Below are positions 45,501 through 56,123 of a stretch of DNA of 64,000 bases, piece by piece. The translations under genes and the position numbers were made by a program. Position 1 is the first letter of the stretch, and every line of letters starts with the position of its first letter. Source of the stretch: a virus; the IMG/VR virus record IMGVR_UViG_3300048848_000007, positions 6,411 to 70,410 of that record, one strand, 5' to 3'. Below the pieces are notes generated by a model. That model had not been told where the DNA came from and made no database searches. It saw only the letters and a program-made list of their open reading frames with translations.

Positions 45501-46733
45501 TTAGATCGGGGCTACGGTTTTGGCGAGGGCGATACGCTCAGGGCGTTTCACCAGAATGCCGTAGTACCACTTGATCGAGCTGAAACCAGTCTCGCCGTAT
45601 GGATCGTTACGGTCGGCAGTTTCCTTGCCTGGCATCTTGGTCAAGACGTTGAACTTCACAGTCTTGCCATCGGTTTGGAAACCGATGTTAACGAAGGAAT
45701 CGTCACCCACTACCAGCATTGGGAAAACGTCGTAACGCTCGACGCCGCCTTTCATGCTGGAACGGTAGCCAGGGTTGTCGTCAACCACAGCACCGGCACC
45801 GGCCCAGTGCAGCATTTCAGGAACCTGAACGATACGGAAACCGTCGATGGAACCTTCTTCGCCGTTGAGGATGGTGCCTGCGTCAGCGTAGTGCTGGACT
45901 TCGATGAACGCTTTGTTGCCGAACAGGTCGGTCAGACCCTTGAGCATTGGCACCAGCTCGGAGCCGACGTACATCACACGACCCGAAGGGATGACCTTGG
46001 TGTCGATGTTGCGGGAGCCGGTGATGATGGTGGTCTGCTTCGGCGTGCGGTTGTCGGTCAGGATCTGGCCCAGACGCATCAGGTTTTTGTAGCTGATGAT
46101 CGAAGCCGGGATCTCTGGAACATCGCCCGCAGCAGGAACAACTTCACCAGTGATCTGGGCGTCGGTCGTTGCAGCACCGGCGTAGATCACAGTACCGGCC
46201 GCAGCCAGCAGGTCTTTTTGCAGAACGGCTTCGGTCAGCTGGACAGCACCCGACAGCAGTTCACGGCTCAGGTGTTCTTTCAGGCCGTCGTCCGAATCGA
46301 AGCTCAGGGACTCTTCGGTGAACTCGGTGAAGAAACCGAACTTGTGAAGGGAGCCTTCACGGGCGATACGGGTGAAACCAACACGGTTCACACGGCCACC
46401 GTTCTCGGTCAGGACCGGCAGCTTGCCGACGATAGTACCCACGTCACGGCTGGAACCGTAAAGGTTGCCGTTGGCGATGGTGACACCGTTGGCGTCGATG
46501 CCTTGGTCGTTGACGTTACGGTCATCCAGCAGAGGGATGTACTCGTAGACCTTGACCGCTTTACCGAAGTGCTTCGGCATGTTCATGGTCGAGGACAGAG
46601 GCATGAAGAACTGGTCTTTACGGCTGGTGATGATTGCTTTCTTCAGCCAGAAGAACGTGTTCATTTGATCGGAGCTGGCCGAGTCGATGGTCGATTTCTG
46701 ACCTTCGGCTGGAGCGTTGTAATTCAATGGCAT
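45501..46733 (-). CDS. Major capsid protein (N4 gp56)
   Basis: [30 protein letters not shown]...[10 protein letters not shown]...[13 protein letters not shown]. Confidence 0.95.
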   Translation of the reverse strand: MPLNYNAPAEGQKSTIDSASSDQMNTFFWLKKAIITSRKDQFFMPLSSTMNMPKHFGKAVKVYEYIPLLDDRNVNDQGIDANGVTIANGNLYGSSRDVGTIVGKLPVLTENGGRVNRVGFTRIAREGSLHKFGFFTEFTEESLSFDSDDGLKEHLSRELLSGAVQLTEAVLQKDLLAAAGTVIYAGAATTDAQITGEVVPAAGDVPEIPASIISYKNLMRLGQILTDNRTPKQTTIITGSRNIDTKVIPSGRVMYVGSELVPMLKGLTDLFGNKAFIEVQHYADAGTILNGEEGSIDGFRIVQVPEMLHWAGAGAVVDDNPGYRSSMKGGVERYDVFPMLVVGDDSFVNIGFQTDGKTVKFNVLTKMPGKETADRNDPYGETGFSSIKWYYGILVKRPERIALAKTVAPI

Positions 46734-46745
46734 ATGGGTACTTCC

Positions 46746-47954
46746 TTAAAGGCGATTTTCAAACTGTTTGAGGAACTCATCATCTGACATTGCCAGAGGA
46801 TTAATTGCAGGCTTCGCTGGTTTGGAACCAGTACGAGATTGCGCCGCAGCACTCGCCTTATCGCTGTGAGCCACTTTCGGTTTAACTTGAGCAGTTGTAG
46901 TTGCCACAGGTTGTTTAACCGGAGCAGATGGTACTTGGGTTGGATTCTGTTTAGCAATCAAGTCGTTGAACTTGCCCTGCTGTGCCATCCAGTCACCGAC
47001 CTTGCGATACGCTTCGATGAACGAAACGTTGGCTGGTACGTTGCCCACAAGTTTCTGATGCTCGATCTCGGCTGCGATCAGGTCGTAAATACCTGCTTCA
47101 CGCTGCTCGTGGATAAGCGTCATTGCCGATGGGTCTTTAAACAGCAGTTCCTTACTGGCCTGATCCCATGTGCTGTTGATGACTTGAAGGGTCTGCCGAC
47201 CACCATCAAACGCACTCATGTCGTCGAGGGTAGAACGGAAGGCCGCTTCTTCATCAGTCACCCGATGATTGCCTTGTTGGTACGCTGGTTCAGCTTCGGT
47301 ATCGATATCCAGAGGATTGATACCGGATTCTTTCACCAACTTCTTGATGGCTTCAGGGTTCTTCTTGCTCAGGTCAATGAGGTAGGAGAGTTGCCCTTCA
47401 TCCAGCAGTCCGTTGTTTTCGAGCATCAGCAGCATCTTGCGATGGGGTGCCAGCTCTTGCATCTTGCGGGTGTAGTTCGCACCTTGTTGTGCCAACTTCA
47501 CCAGTTCTTCGGGACTACGCAGCTCAATGGTTTTGCCATTGGCTTTGATAGGTGCCATCAGCCCTTCATAGAGCGCCTTGTAATCAGGCTCTGCACCTTC
47601 CGGTTTTGCAGCATCAGCTTCCTTGGCTGGCTGTTGTTGCTCCGCAGGTTTGGAACCAACGGGATCAACATTCGGAGTGGGTGTAGTAGCCGACTTGTTG
47701 GTTGGCTCTTTCTCGGGTTGTTGATTGGCTTCGTCCTCTTCGGACTCGTCTTCCTTTTCCTGCCGGGAAGCCGCATTGGCATCAGGTTCACCAGTGGGCT
47801 GACCTTCGTCATTCCCTTCGGTGTTGTCCTGATCCTCTTCACCCTCACCAGCATCAGCCGAGGCATTGGCCTCGGCATCAGCGGCAGGGACTGGCAAACT
47901 CAGAAAGTCGTCATCCGACATTTGCAGGATATCTTCACCAGTCTCTACAGGCAT
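46746..47954 (-). CDS. N4 gp57-like protein (scaffold or 'tape measure' annotation)
   Basis: MSDDDF motifs at both ends; PIKANGK...QQGANYTRKMQ. Confidence 0.85.
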   Translation of the reverse strand: MPVETGEDILQMSDDDFLSLPVPAADAEANASADAGEGEEDQDNTEGNDEGQPTGEPDANAASRQEKEDESEEDEANQQPEKEPTNKSATTPTPNVDPVGSKPAEQQQPAKEADAAKPEGAEPDYKALYEGLMAPIKANGKTIELRSPEELVKLAQQGANYTRKMQELAPHRKMLLMLENNGLLDEGQLSYLIDLSKKNPEAIKKLVKESGINPLDIDTEAEPAYQQGNHRVTDEEAAFRSTLDDMSAFDGGRQTLQVINSTWDQASKELLFKDPSAMTLIHEQREAGIYDLIAAEIEHQKLVGNVPANVSFIEAYRKVGDWMAQQGKFNDLIAKQNPTQVPSAPVKQPVATTTAQVKPKVAHSDKASAAAQSRTGSKPAKPAINPLAMSDDEFLKQFENRL

Positions 47955-48295
47955 TACTCTTCCCCTTCCAGAGCACGGGCTTCATCCAGAGCTTCTTCCA
48001 GCTCCTTGACGTTGCGTGCCGATGTATTGCCCTGCTGGACCATGATCGACAAGAAACGCTTCAGGTGGCCGGATGCCTGGGCCATCGCCAAAGCATCAGC
48101 ACGCTGACGGTCAGACAGGAGAGGGTCAGCCGACTCCTGAACATAACGGGCAGCTTCGGTGCCACAGAAACCATCCAGGATGAGTCTCTTAAACTCACGG
48201 TTACCTGAGAGTTTGATAGCGGAATCACGCAGTTCGACTACGGACTTCTCACGCTTCAGTTGTTCTTCAAGTGCGTCTACGGTGACTTCAGACAT
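47954..48295 (-). CDS. N4 gp58-like protein
   Basis: NREFKRLILDGF; lies between portal and gp57. Confidence 0.8.
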   Translation of the reverse strand: MSEVTVDALEEQLKREKSVVELRDSAIKLSGNREFKRLILDGFCGTEAARYVQESADPLLSDRQRADALAMAQASGHLKRFLSIMVQQGNTSARNVKELEEALDEARALEGEE

Positions 48296-48310
48296 TTTCT
48301 GAGTGGTCCT

Positions 48311-50590
48311 TTAAATACTTTGGTTGAGGTTGAGTGCTGGATTAAGTTGCGGTTGGAATTGCGACGAGCCGAGATTACTCCCTGCTAACTCATCTCGCGC
48401 TATCGTACTACCTTGAGTGGGTGGTTGGCTAGCTTCACCCAACTTATCACTGAGGGCGTTGTAACCAATTGCCCCGGCAATGTCGGGACGCTTCTCACCT
48501 TCCTTAACTGGTTTGGTCAGAGCCTTAGTCACTTCCAGAGCTTGGTTACCCTGAGACTGGGCTTTCTGTTTGTCCATGTCACGTGCGTGTTTGGTGCCCG
48601 TCTCTTGTTCCACATAGTCCAGATTCTTCTGGTCTTTGCTGGCAAGGGCTTCTTGTGCCTTGGCTTGGTTCAGTTCGATCTCGGACTGGATCTTCTGGTT
48701 CTCAAGCTCAGCCTTCTGGATTTCCAGTTGCTGCAACTTCTGTTGTTCCGGCGACGGTTGTGGCTTGAAGGTACGAATCTTCTCGGCCAGTGCAGGCATA
48801 CGTTTAAGGTCTGCGATCTCAGCCAAGATCATCATGACGATACCTTGGTCCGTATTCGGGCCAATAGTCTGGAGCATGAAGGCCAGATCCTGAGCACGGG
48901 CATTGTCCACTTCAGCAGTGGCGATATCCGTCTCAAGGTCGAAGTTGCCCACCAGATCTTCACGGCGAACCGTGACGAACTCTTTGTTGGTAACCCGGAC
49001 GACTTCTTCTTCGGACAGGAACACCGCGTTCATCGCAATGATCTTGTTCGCCACTTCCGTCATGCCTTTGGCAAGACGACGAAGAATCCCCATCTCACGT
49101 TTGGATGCAGCATCCAGAACACCCCGGATACCGGCAGCCACATCGCCATAGGCTTCACCACTGATACCACCACCGAACGACTTCACCCCGGTGAGAGCTT
49201 CGGCTTCTTGGTTCTGAAGGTTGCTCATCAGCAGTGCCGACTGTGGCAGCTCAGGGTACTTGTGCTCGATCAGACCTTGGGACGGTTGCAGGTTCGGGTT
49301 GAACTCGTAGTCTTCCCCGTTCTCGAAACGACGCTTGTTCAGAGGGTCCAGCATCCCTTTGGCGAAACCTTGCTGGCTGTTGGCACTGCGACCCAACAGG
49401 TCAATCATGCCCCGCATCACGGCACCCAGAACATTCTGGTTGTCTTCCAGCAGCTCGGCGTCTGGCTCACCGTAGAGTTCACGCTTGACCGGCAGGTAGT
49501 TCACTACCACGAAGGGCAGCTTCTCATCCGGGAACGGGTTCTCTTCCATGCGGATCAGCACATCACCGATCCAGGTACAAACGATCGGCACCAGAGTCCC
49601 GTCACCGTGAATGTCGTGGAAGCCCCAGTATTCGTGGGCCACCACCTTCTTACGCATGGCATCGGTGAAGGCAAACGAGTCCGGTGTCGAAGTCTCGTGA
49701 TCCGGTGTAGCCAGTGGGGAGTTGCCTTCCCAGTTGACGGCATCCAGATTCTTGTAGCGTTCTGGTTCCTTGAGCAGATCCGCCTTGTTCGTCTCGAACG
49801 ACAGGACCACAAACATGGCCTTCTCAAGATCACCGTTGCAGGACGGATCGATCATGATGTTCTGCGGGTTGTGAATCACAACCGTTGGCTTGTTCTCGAT
49901 GATCTTCTGCGAAGGCACCTGAGTCACACCGTTCTGCACAGCAGTGGTCGGGACACCCGATTGCTCGTAGTAGTCCACCGCTGCCTTGACTTCAGGCGTG
50001 ACGTTCTCATCGTAGTGCCGAGGGTCTGAGTTCTTCAGGTCCATAGCCTGCTGAAGCAGCTCAAGCTCTTCTTGAGTCGTGACCTGGAAGTGCTCAAAGG
50101 TTGGCACATCTTCCATGATCTCGACGGTCGTCCGCTTCCAGCCCACCTGAAGAATCGACGTACCTTCATCGACTGTGGTGCGAATGAAGTGGTCGATCAG
50201 GTGGACCCGGTTCATCTTGGTACGGAACTGATGGTTGAGGACCAGCTCGTTTTGTCGAGCAGCATCAGTGTCTTCAAAGGTGACCGGCTTGACGTTGAAC
50301 AACTTGTTGGAGCCAAGGAAAGGCTCAGACAGTGCAGCGTAACGCCATTCAGCCTGACGACGGATCAGCTTAGGTTGGACCGAGGAACGACCTTTGACCT
50401 TCTTCGGTTTGGCACTGCCACGTACAGCGTGCAGGTCATTCCACCGATTGATCTTGCTCATCTGAGATTGATGAGCAGGCTTGGCCGATTCAAGGTCTTG
50501 CTTGAGGCTGCGGATGTCGGGTTCTTTTTCCCAGTCCGTCAGCTTATGTTGAGGCACTGCACCCATCTGGACTGCGTTTACTTCACTCAT
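48311..50590 (-). CDS. Portal protein (N4 gp59)
   Basis: [38 protein letters not shown]. Confidence 0.93.
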   Translation of the reverse strand: MSEVNAVQMGAVPQHKLTDWEKEPDIRSLKQDLESAKPAHQSQMSKINRWNDLHAVRGSAKPKKVKGRSSVQPKLIRRQAEWRYAALSEPFLGSNKLFNVKPVTFEDTDAARQNELVLNHQFRTKMNRVHLIDHFIRTTVDEGTSILQVGWKRTTVEIMEDVPTFEHFQVTTQEELELLQQAMDLKNSDPRHYDENVTPEVKAAVDYYEQSGVPTTAVQNGVTQVPSQKIIENKPTVVIHNPQNIMIDPSCNGDLEKAMFVVLSFETNKADLLKEPERYKNLDAVNWEGNSPLATPDHETSTPDSFAFTDAMRKKVVAHEYWGFHDIHGDGTLVPIVCTWIGDVLIRMEENPFPDEKLPFVVVNYLPVKRELYGEPDAELLEDNQNVLGAVMRGMIDLLGRSANSQQGFAKGMLDPLNKRRFENGEDYEFNPNLQPSQGLIEHKYPELPQSALLMSNLQNQEAEALTGVKSFGGGISGEAYGDVAAGIRGVLDAASKREMGILRRLAKGMTEVANKIIAMNAVFLSEEEVVRVTNKEFVTVRREDLVGNFDLETDIATAEVDNARAQDLAFMLQTIGPNTDQGIVMMILAEIADLKRMPALAEKIRTFKPQPSPEQQKLQQLEIQKAELENQKIQSEIELNQAKAQEALASKDQKNLDYVEQETGTKHARDMDKQKAQSQGNQALEVTKALTKPVKEGEKRPDIAGAIGYNALSDKLGEASQPPTQGSTIARDELAGSNLGSSQFQPQLNPALNLNQSI

Positions 50591-51098
50591 TGGGGTCACT
50601 CGTAATTAGGAGTCGGTCGGCTCGAAGCTGTTCACTCAGAGAGCGGATGGTGTTGTCACGCTGTCTAACAGTTTCCCCGAGTTCTCTAACCAGAGATCGG
50701 CCCTGTTCAAGACTTCGGTCGAGTTCGGCTGCATGGCTTGCAAGGTGATCTCGCTCAGCGGAACTGCCTTGGGCCTGACGTTGATATACGCTGGCTCGAC
50801 TTTCCGAGTTGAGCAAGCGCTTAGAATAATCAGCACGCAGGTCAGCCAAAGCAGCTGCATGTTTCTGTTGGTTCGCTGCAAGTTCATCTGCAACCCTTGT
50901 AGTGGTCCGTTGATTCTCTTGTTCAAGATCATCGATCTTGGCTTGGAGTTCTTGGGTAGCTTTTGCAGTGGCGTCCTTCTCTTTCTGCCATTCTGCGGTT
51001 ACCTCAAACTTACCTGCATTTTTACCCACCGAGTAGGGAACCGCAAGGACTCCTACTACGGCAGCCAGAATCAACAGTACCTTGAGGATTCGCGTCAT
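50583..51098 (-). CDS. Rz-like inner-membrane spanin
   Basis: N-terminal TM helix followed by a long coiled coil. Confidence 0.8.
   Translation of the reverse strand: MTRILKVLLILAAVVGVLAVPYSVGKNAGKFEVTAEWQKEKDATAKATQELQAKIDDLEQENQRTTTRVADELAANQQKHAAALADLRADYSKRLLNSESRASVYQRQAQGSSAERDHLASHAAELDRSLEQGRSLVRELGETVRQRDNTIRSLSEQLRADRLLITSDPNE
50636..50860 (-). CDS. Rz1-like outer-membrane spanin, embedded in Rz
   Basis: [16 protein letters not shown] signal peptide with lipobox; alternate frame fully inside Rz. Confidence 0.75.
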   Translation of the reverse strand: MQLLWLTCVLIILSACSTRKVEPAYINVRPKAVPLSEITLQAMQPNSTEVLNRADLWLENSGKLLDSVTTPSAL

Positions 51099-51112
51099 TC
51101 TGTCACCTATAG

Positions 51113-51137
51113 AAAAATCCCCCAGTTAAGGGGGATT
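51113..51137 (-). terminator. Rho-independent terminator
   Basis: AATCCCCC-stem-GGGGGATTTTT on the minus strand. Confidence 0.75.
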
Positions 51138-51150
51138 CTGGACTACCTAG

Positions 51151-51570
51151 TTAAACAGGATACGGGTAGTCGCTGATGGCTGTGATTTTCAGCCGAGCAA
51201 CCCGATAACCTTGATAATGGGCTTCGATGTGGTACTCACCATCTTCATCTGGAATGCGGAAGGTCACATCGTTGGCGATGCCATCAGAGATGTACACCCC
51301 ATACGGGTGCTGGACTACGATACCTTCGATCCCTTCAAAGTAGGAGATATGGATGCTATCCCCACCACGTACATTGATGGTGGCAGTCCCTTCAGCAAAG
51401 GAACCAGTGAAAGGAATGTAACCCTCACGAGTTCCGTCCAAAGGGAGCAATGGACGCTCGGTCAGTACCCCATTAGGGAAATACTGAGTCTCAGGGTCAA
51501 TCTGGTCTGGGGAGTCAACAATCCCACCAATGACTAGACCATTATTCAAATCGTAAGCATATTTCGGCAT
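51151..51570 (-). CDS. Hypothetical protein (possibly tail-fibre associated)
   Basis: 139-aa ORF co-oriented directly downstream of the SGNH gene. Confidence 0.65.
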   Translation of the reverse strand: MPKYAYDLNNGLVIGGIVDSPDQIDPETQYFPNGVLTERPLLPLDGTREGYIPFTGSFAEGTATINVRGGDSIHISYFEGIEGIVVQHPYGVYISDGIANDVTFRIPDEDGEYHIEAHYQGYRVARLKITAISDYPYPV

Positions 51571-51585
51571 TTCAATTTTCCTTGT

Positions 51586-53130
51586 TTAGATTTTCTTCTT
51601 GCGAAGGCTGGAGGACAAGAACGTCATTGTCAGGGATACGGGAACGTTCGGGATACCGAAATATGCACGCATCTCGAACGACAGTGCTGTAGGCAATGTA
51701 GGTCCGATCTCTTTATCCGGGCAACGTGCCACACCGTACATTGCACGAACAGCTTCAGGTGGAGTTATGTTGTCGCCGGTCAATGCCAAGCCACCTTGCG
51801 ACTGACCTGTGTTCAAAGCGTTGTCGATACGCAGACTTGGAGAAGTGAAGTTCGCGTGACCGTCTGCGACGAAGAATTCATAGTTGGCCTCAAGTACGTC
51901 ATTGACTGCAATTTTGGAGAGCAGCCCAGTCTGACGCAGACCGGCAGTACCTGCCCCGGCAGTTGTCGGAGTGCCAGTCACTGTGATCTGGTAGCCCTTA
52001 CGTTTGGAACCATCTGGCAAAGTGACCGTAACAAAAGACCCACTCACCGAGAGGCCAGCAGTTGCCGACAAGGTATAGCCCAGAGGAACGGCTGTACCAG
52101 CAACAGCGTTAGTGCCAACAGTACCGCCCGGAGTGATCAGCATAGGGTTGCTGTTCAAGCAACCTTGAGGCTGAAGCACTGCGTCGTACACGTCGGCATT
52201 GCTGGAAGTAGTCAACTTCAGGCGAGGCAACTTCATCTCTTCGATTGCCACACGAGTCATTTCCTGACCTGTGATCATGGCAATACCCGGACTGTTGTGC
52301 AGGTCGTCAGGGTTCAGCATGTTCGGATAAGGGTAGCCATCCGCACTTGCGGGATCTGCTGCACGAGGCCACACGTCCACGATGTAAACGTTTTCGCGAC
52401 GGATCTTCAGCAAGGCATTGTGGGTCGCCAGCATCAGCTTCTTGTTGTCGGCCGACAAGTTGCTACCGGCAGCACGAGGCCACTCAGCAATCAGCATGAC
52501 TTTGTGCCCACGACCCAGCAGGTAATCCAGCACCTGGTTGGTTTCTATCAGCAGCTGATCCAATGGGACACCAGCATTCACCGAGTTGGTCCAGCACATC
52601 AGAGCAGCGATGCACGGAGGGACTTCACTGGGTTTCTTGGTTCCGAAGCCACCAGCTGGCACAGTGTCATTCTTGATCCGAGTGAGCAGGTCGCTCATCT
52701 TGTCACCCGACACACCCTGCATGTAGGTCACGTCCATACGGACACGCTGGCTCAGTGTCTCGAACCACCACAACCAGGACCGGGCCAGGCAGGAAGCAGG
52801 CACCGTGTTGGTGTTCCAGTTCTGGGCAGAACGACTGTCACCCCACGGTACGACCATGTTGGAGCGGAACAGCTCCAGCTTGTCGAGGCGGGTATCAAGG
52901 GCAATGTCAGCTTCTTCAGCCAGAGTCAGGCCAGACTCGACAGTCGTCAGTCGTTGCTTGATAGCCATGTCGTCATAGGCCGGAGCACCACCCCCACCTG
53001 TACCACCTTTGGTGTTCTCGGCGATCTCTTCCAGAATGTCGATCTGGCTACGAACGGTGTCCCGGTCAGAAGCGACACTGCCCGTGTTCTGAGCGATCTG
53101 CTCCAATACTGCATTCACATTTGGTTCACT
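51586..53130 (-). CDS. SGNH/GDSL esterase-domain protein (putative tailspike or deacetylase)
   Basis: N-terminal coiled coil; blocks WGDSR, GVSG, WTNS, DDLH; GTG start after GGAG. Confidence 0.78.
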   Translation of the reverse strand, partial: SEPNVNAVLEQIAQNTGSVASDRDTVRSQIDILEEIAENTKGGTGGGGAPAYDDMAIKQRLTTVESGLTLAEEADIALDTRLDKLELFRSNMVVPWGDSRSAQNWNTNTVPASCLARSWLWWFETLSQRVRMDVTYMQGVSGDKMSDLLTRIKNDTVPAGGFGTKKPSEVPPCIAALMCWTNSVNAGVPLDQLLIETNQVLDYLLGRGHKVMLIAEWPRAAGSNLSADNKKLMLATHNALLKIRRENVYIVDVWPRAADPASADGYPYPNMLNPDDLHNSPGIAMITGQEMTRVAIEEMKLPRLKLTTSSNADVYDAVLQPQGCLNSNPMLITPGGTVGTNAVAGTAVPLGYTLSATAGLSVSGSFVTVTLPDGSKRKGYQITVTGTPTTAGAGTAGLRQTGLLSKIAVNDVLEANYEFFVADGHANFTSPSLRIDNALNTGQSQGGLALTGDNITPPEAVRAMYGVARCPDKEIGPTLPTALSFEMRAYFGIPNVPVSLTMTFLSSSLRKKKI

Positions 53131-53722
53131 CACGGCACTTCTCCAGAGGTACATTCCCGATACGATGATCCACCCAACCCGGCGTGTATTGGCTCAGGTT
53201 GGTCAGACTTGTGTAGTGATTGCTCTGCTGGGCATCCAGCAGTTTGATCACCATCTCGCAGGCTTTGACCTTGCCGCGTTTGTTCTGCAACTGGGTGTAG
53301 GCCCGGACTGTGCCGGGACCGACTTTACCGTCTACAGAGATCGAAGCGTAATCAACTCCCCCACGATTCAGTGAATTGAGGCTTTGCTGGAACCAACGGG
53401 AAGAACGGGCCGTGCCCACATTGACACCTGCATCCACCAGCTTCTGACCAACAGCCGGAGACAGGGTGATCAGCTCACCGTAGCCAGGCTTGTTGATGTA
53501 GTTGGTGACGTAGATGTTGGTGGCTGTGGCAAGGTCCAGATCCTTCATGGCTCCGGTGTAGCCTGCATCCCTTGCAACCGCGACAGTGACACCGTGATTG
53601 GTTTCACCACCCGGATCTCGTGGGTCATTCACATACCCACCTTCCACTGCAAAGATGGCAGCCACAATGGCTGCCACCGCTCCACCTGCACTGCCAGCAA
53701 CCGTCTTCTTACTTACTGCCAT
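53126..53722 (-). CDS. Endolysin, GH108 family, with SAR-like N-terminus (N4 gp61-like)
   Basis: EGGYVNDPRDPGGETNHGVT; weakly hydrophobic Gly/Ala-rich N-terminus. Confidence 0.92.
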   Translation of the reverse strand: MAVSKKTVAGSAGGAVAAIVAAIFAVEGGYVNDPRDPGGETNHGVTVAVARDAGYTGAMKDLDLATATNIYVTNYINKPGYGELITLSPAVGQKLVDAGVNVGTARSSRWFQQSLNSLNRGGVDYASISVDGKVGPGTVRAYTQLQNKRGKVKACEMVIKLLDAQQSNHYTSLTNLSQYTPGWVDHRIGNVPLEKCRE

Positions 53723-53948
53723 CCTCGCTTTTCCTTTGCTTGAGTAACCGCCCCACAATGCTCAGGACAAAGAAGACCAAAGCCACCGTAGAAGAATTGG
53801 GGATCTTCTCCACGACATGCGGGGGCAGGCTGTACCAGATTGAGTTGAGGAATTCGACGACGATTGTCAGAACGATTCCGAGTGTATTCAGTTGAACTGA
53901 AAGGAGCTTCCATGCTCGCTTCCAGTCTTCAATCAGTTTGGGTTTCAT
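53709..53948 (-). CDS. Putative holin
   Basis: 79 aa; LIEDWKRAWKLLSVQL followed by two TM segments; ATGA overlap. Confidence 0.7.
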   Translation of the reverse strand: MKPKLIEDWKRAWKLLSVQLNTLGIVLTIVVEFLNSIWYSLPPHVVEKIPNSSTVALVFFVLSIVGRLLKQRKSEDGSK

Positions 53949-54277
53949 CCCCGAGAGAGCCATTCAAAGATGGTTGTTCTGCCCGCAATGACGATCCCCA
54001 ACAGAGTACCGGCAGCCGCCCAAATCCATTTGCCGAAGATCCCTGCACCAACAACCTTGTGCTTGATCACCAAGAACTCGTCGATAGTGGGGGAAGCTTT
54101 TTCCATACTCCTTTCAAGAGTTGCCAGTCGGTTTTCGAGGCTTTGCATGTACCGGCCAAATACCTCCAGCTTTTCATACTGTTGCTTGCGGCTATCCCTT
54201 GCTTGGGTCAGCTCAGCCAGAATTGCTTTCAGGTTTTCATCAACCCTTGCAAGCTGGACTTCGTGAGACTCACTCAT
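53945..54277 (-). CDS. Membrane protein, coiled coil plus C-terminal TM (N4 gp63-like lysis-region gene)
   Basis: 110 aa; coiled coil then GKWIWAAAGTLLGIVI. Confidence 0.7.
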   Translation of the reverse strand: MSESHEVQLARVDENLKAILAELTQARDSRKQQYEKLEVFGRYMQSLENRLATLERSMEKASPTIDEFLVIKHKVVGAGIFGKWIWAAAGTLLGIVIAGRTTIFEWLSRG

Positions 54278-54339
54278 TACTACTATTCCTGCCGGTGGGA
54301 AAGGAGTTGGGATTATCACCCAAAACCTTCCCATTCGTC

Positions 54340-55599
54340 CTACTTGAATATCACGTTGTCCCTCATGACTTGGCTGTAAGCCCAGAGATAGAGGTGTGGG
54401 ATCTTGGCATCCAAGGCCAGACCAATGGCTGCATCTGCTGTTTTCCAGATGTAGGCATCTTCGGCCAGCAGCACAAAACCAATAAAGTAATGCACCACCT
54501 GAAGTGGATACCCCAGCACTTCCGTTGCAGCCTTGAAGGTTTGAGGCACCAGATCCAGACGCCCTTCAATGATCCAGTCGTAATCCTCAATCTGCACAAA
54601 CTCGTAGTTCGGGTATACCCATTCAGCAATGGGGAAGTTCAAACGACGGGTCAGTTCAGAGTTAGGGGACATGACCTGTGGGGTGAAGAACAGCAATGTC
54701 GCTTCCGCATCCGGGATGGCAGCTTTCACCTTGTCCCGAATATGGTTGGTCGATTGCCCCAGCTTCATGCACAGCCAGTCAATGTAGGGCCACTGAATAG
54801 GATCGATCGGCTGGAAGATATCCTTGATGATCGGTGGCACATCATTGCCCGTCTCGGCCTTGTACATCGCCATGGTCTTGGCATCGTAGATACAGGGGGA
54901 GTTCTTGTACTCACCCTTGGAGTACGTGCCGTCCCACCACCATGGCTCACCGATCTGGAACTTGGGCTTCAGGCCAGCCTGCACAGCCGCTTGAACCAAC
55001 TGGATCTGAACACGGGCCAGGTAGTCGAGGGCGAACTGATTCGTGGGCTGAATGAAGTTGGACGGGGGATACCAGCCAGACTGGCCGGGTACACCGTCAT
55101 AGTTCACCTGTTGCCATTCCGGGGGATGGAAGAACTCAAGGATCTCGTAGGCCACCGAGTTGATGTACTCAAATTCCCGTTCCTTCAGAAGATCGAAGAA
55201 CCGATGGAAGAAGTCCATGGTGGCCGGATTCACCGGCACCGATTCGGGATTTTCAGGATCAGGCCAGAGCTGGCCGATCAGCCAGTAGTCTTCGTAGGCA
55301 CCTGTGATCGGCGACTGCAAAGGCCACTGGCTGTAGAGGTTCCGCAACGACACAGCCAGATCCGAACCAATAAGCGAAGCAGTCGCTGCCGTGAAGTGCA
55401 GAGTCCCCACCCCCGGCTCATAGGTGTACCCCTCGGCACCGTACTGAGCAGTACCGGCACCGAAGTAGGTCAGTGGATCTTCGTTGATGATCTCCTGCTG
55501 GATACGACGGATATTATCCCGTTCCACCCGCAAGGATGGCTCGGGCATATCAACTACTCCGGGAGTCTCCAGAGCAGTGGGATCAAAGGGATAGGTCAT
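54340..55599 (-). CDS. Tail protein (N4 gp64-like)
   Basis: 419 aa; [18 protein letters not shown]; located downstream of the gp65-like gene. Confidence 0.8.
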   Translation of the reverse strand: MTYPFDPTALETPGVVDMPEPSLRVERDNIRRIQQEIINEDPLTYFGAGTAQYGAEGYTYEPGVGTLHFTAATASLIGSDLAVSLRNLYSQWPLQSPITGAYEDYWLIGQLWPDPENPESVPVNPATMDFFHRFFDLLKEREFEYINSVAYEILEFFHPPEWQQVNYDGVPGQSGWYPPSNFIQPTNQFALDYLARVQIQLVQAAVQAGLKPKFQIGEPWWWDGTYSKGEYKNSPCIYDAKTMAMYKAETGNDVPPIIKDIFQPIDPIQWPYIDWLCMKLGQSTNHIRDKVKAAIPDAEATLLFFTPQVMSPNSELTRRLNFPIAEWVYPNYEFVQIEDYDWIIEGRLDLVPQTFKAATEVLGYPLQVVHYFIGFVLLAEDAYIWKTADAAIGLALDAKIPHLYLWAYSQVMRDNVIFK

Positions 55600-55601
55600 G
55601 G

Positions 55602-56123
55602 TTATTCAGCACTCGGCAGCTTGTTACGGAAGGCAACCACCTTGCACAGAAAGGAGAACTCGGCCTGAGCGTCCTGAGCTGGATGGAAGACCGGCACCTG
55701 GATATTGCCTGCCACTGCACAGACCGGGTTGCCGATCAGGTAACCGACCGGCAGCTTGCCAATCGAAGTGAGGACCAGAGTGTCCCCCACTTCGGCCAGC
55801 TGGCAGACCACTTCCAGAGTGGACACACCGTTACCCCGAGCCACTTCAGTCTTTTCCCCGAGGGTGACCTGACCCAGATTGAACCAGTCAGGCTTCACTT
55901 CCAGATCGGCTTGGGCTTCGGCCAGATCTTCGGTCTTGGCAAAGATCGGGTAAGGCAGGTAGGCCAGACGAGGCTTGCCGTCCTTGGCAGGAATGGCAAC
56001 CGCCACCCCGACAATGTTCGGTGGTGCCTCAGTCAGTTGAGGACTCATGTCCATGCTGGTGAAGACCGGATCACCTTCTACTTCAACAAGATCACCGTCT
56101 TCGTCATACGTGTAAAAAATCAT
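55602..56123 (-). CDS. Hypothetical tail-region protein
   Basis: 173-aa ORF coupled between the gp65-like and gp64-like genes. Confidence 0.7.
   Translation of the reverse strand: MIFYTYDEDGDLVEVEGDPVFTSMDMSPQLTEAPPNIVGVAVAIPAKDGKPRLAYLPYPIFAKTEDLAEAQADLEVKPDWFNLGQVTLGEKTEVARGNGVSTLEVVCQLAEVGDTLVLTSIGKLPVGYLIGNPVCAVAGNIQVPVFHPAQDAQAEFSFLCKVVAFRNKLPSAE

Noticed and set aside
50583-51098. Overlapping gene embedded within Rz
   Set aside because: The standard embedded Rz/Rz1 spanin arrangement; annotated as a feature, not novel.
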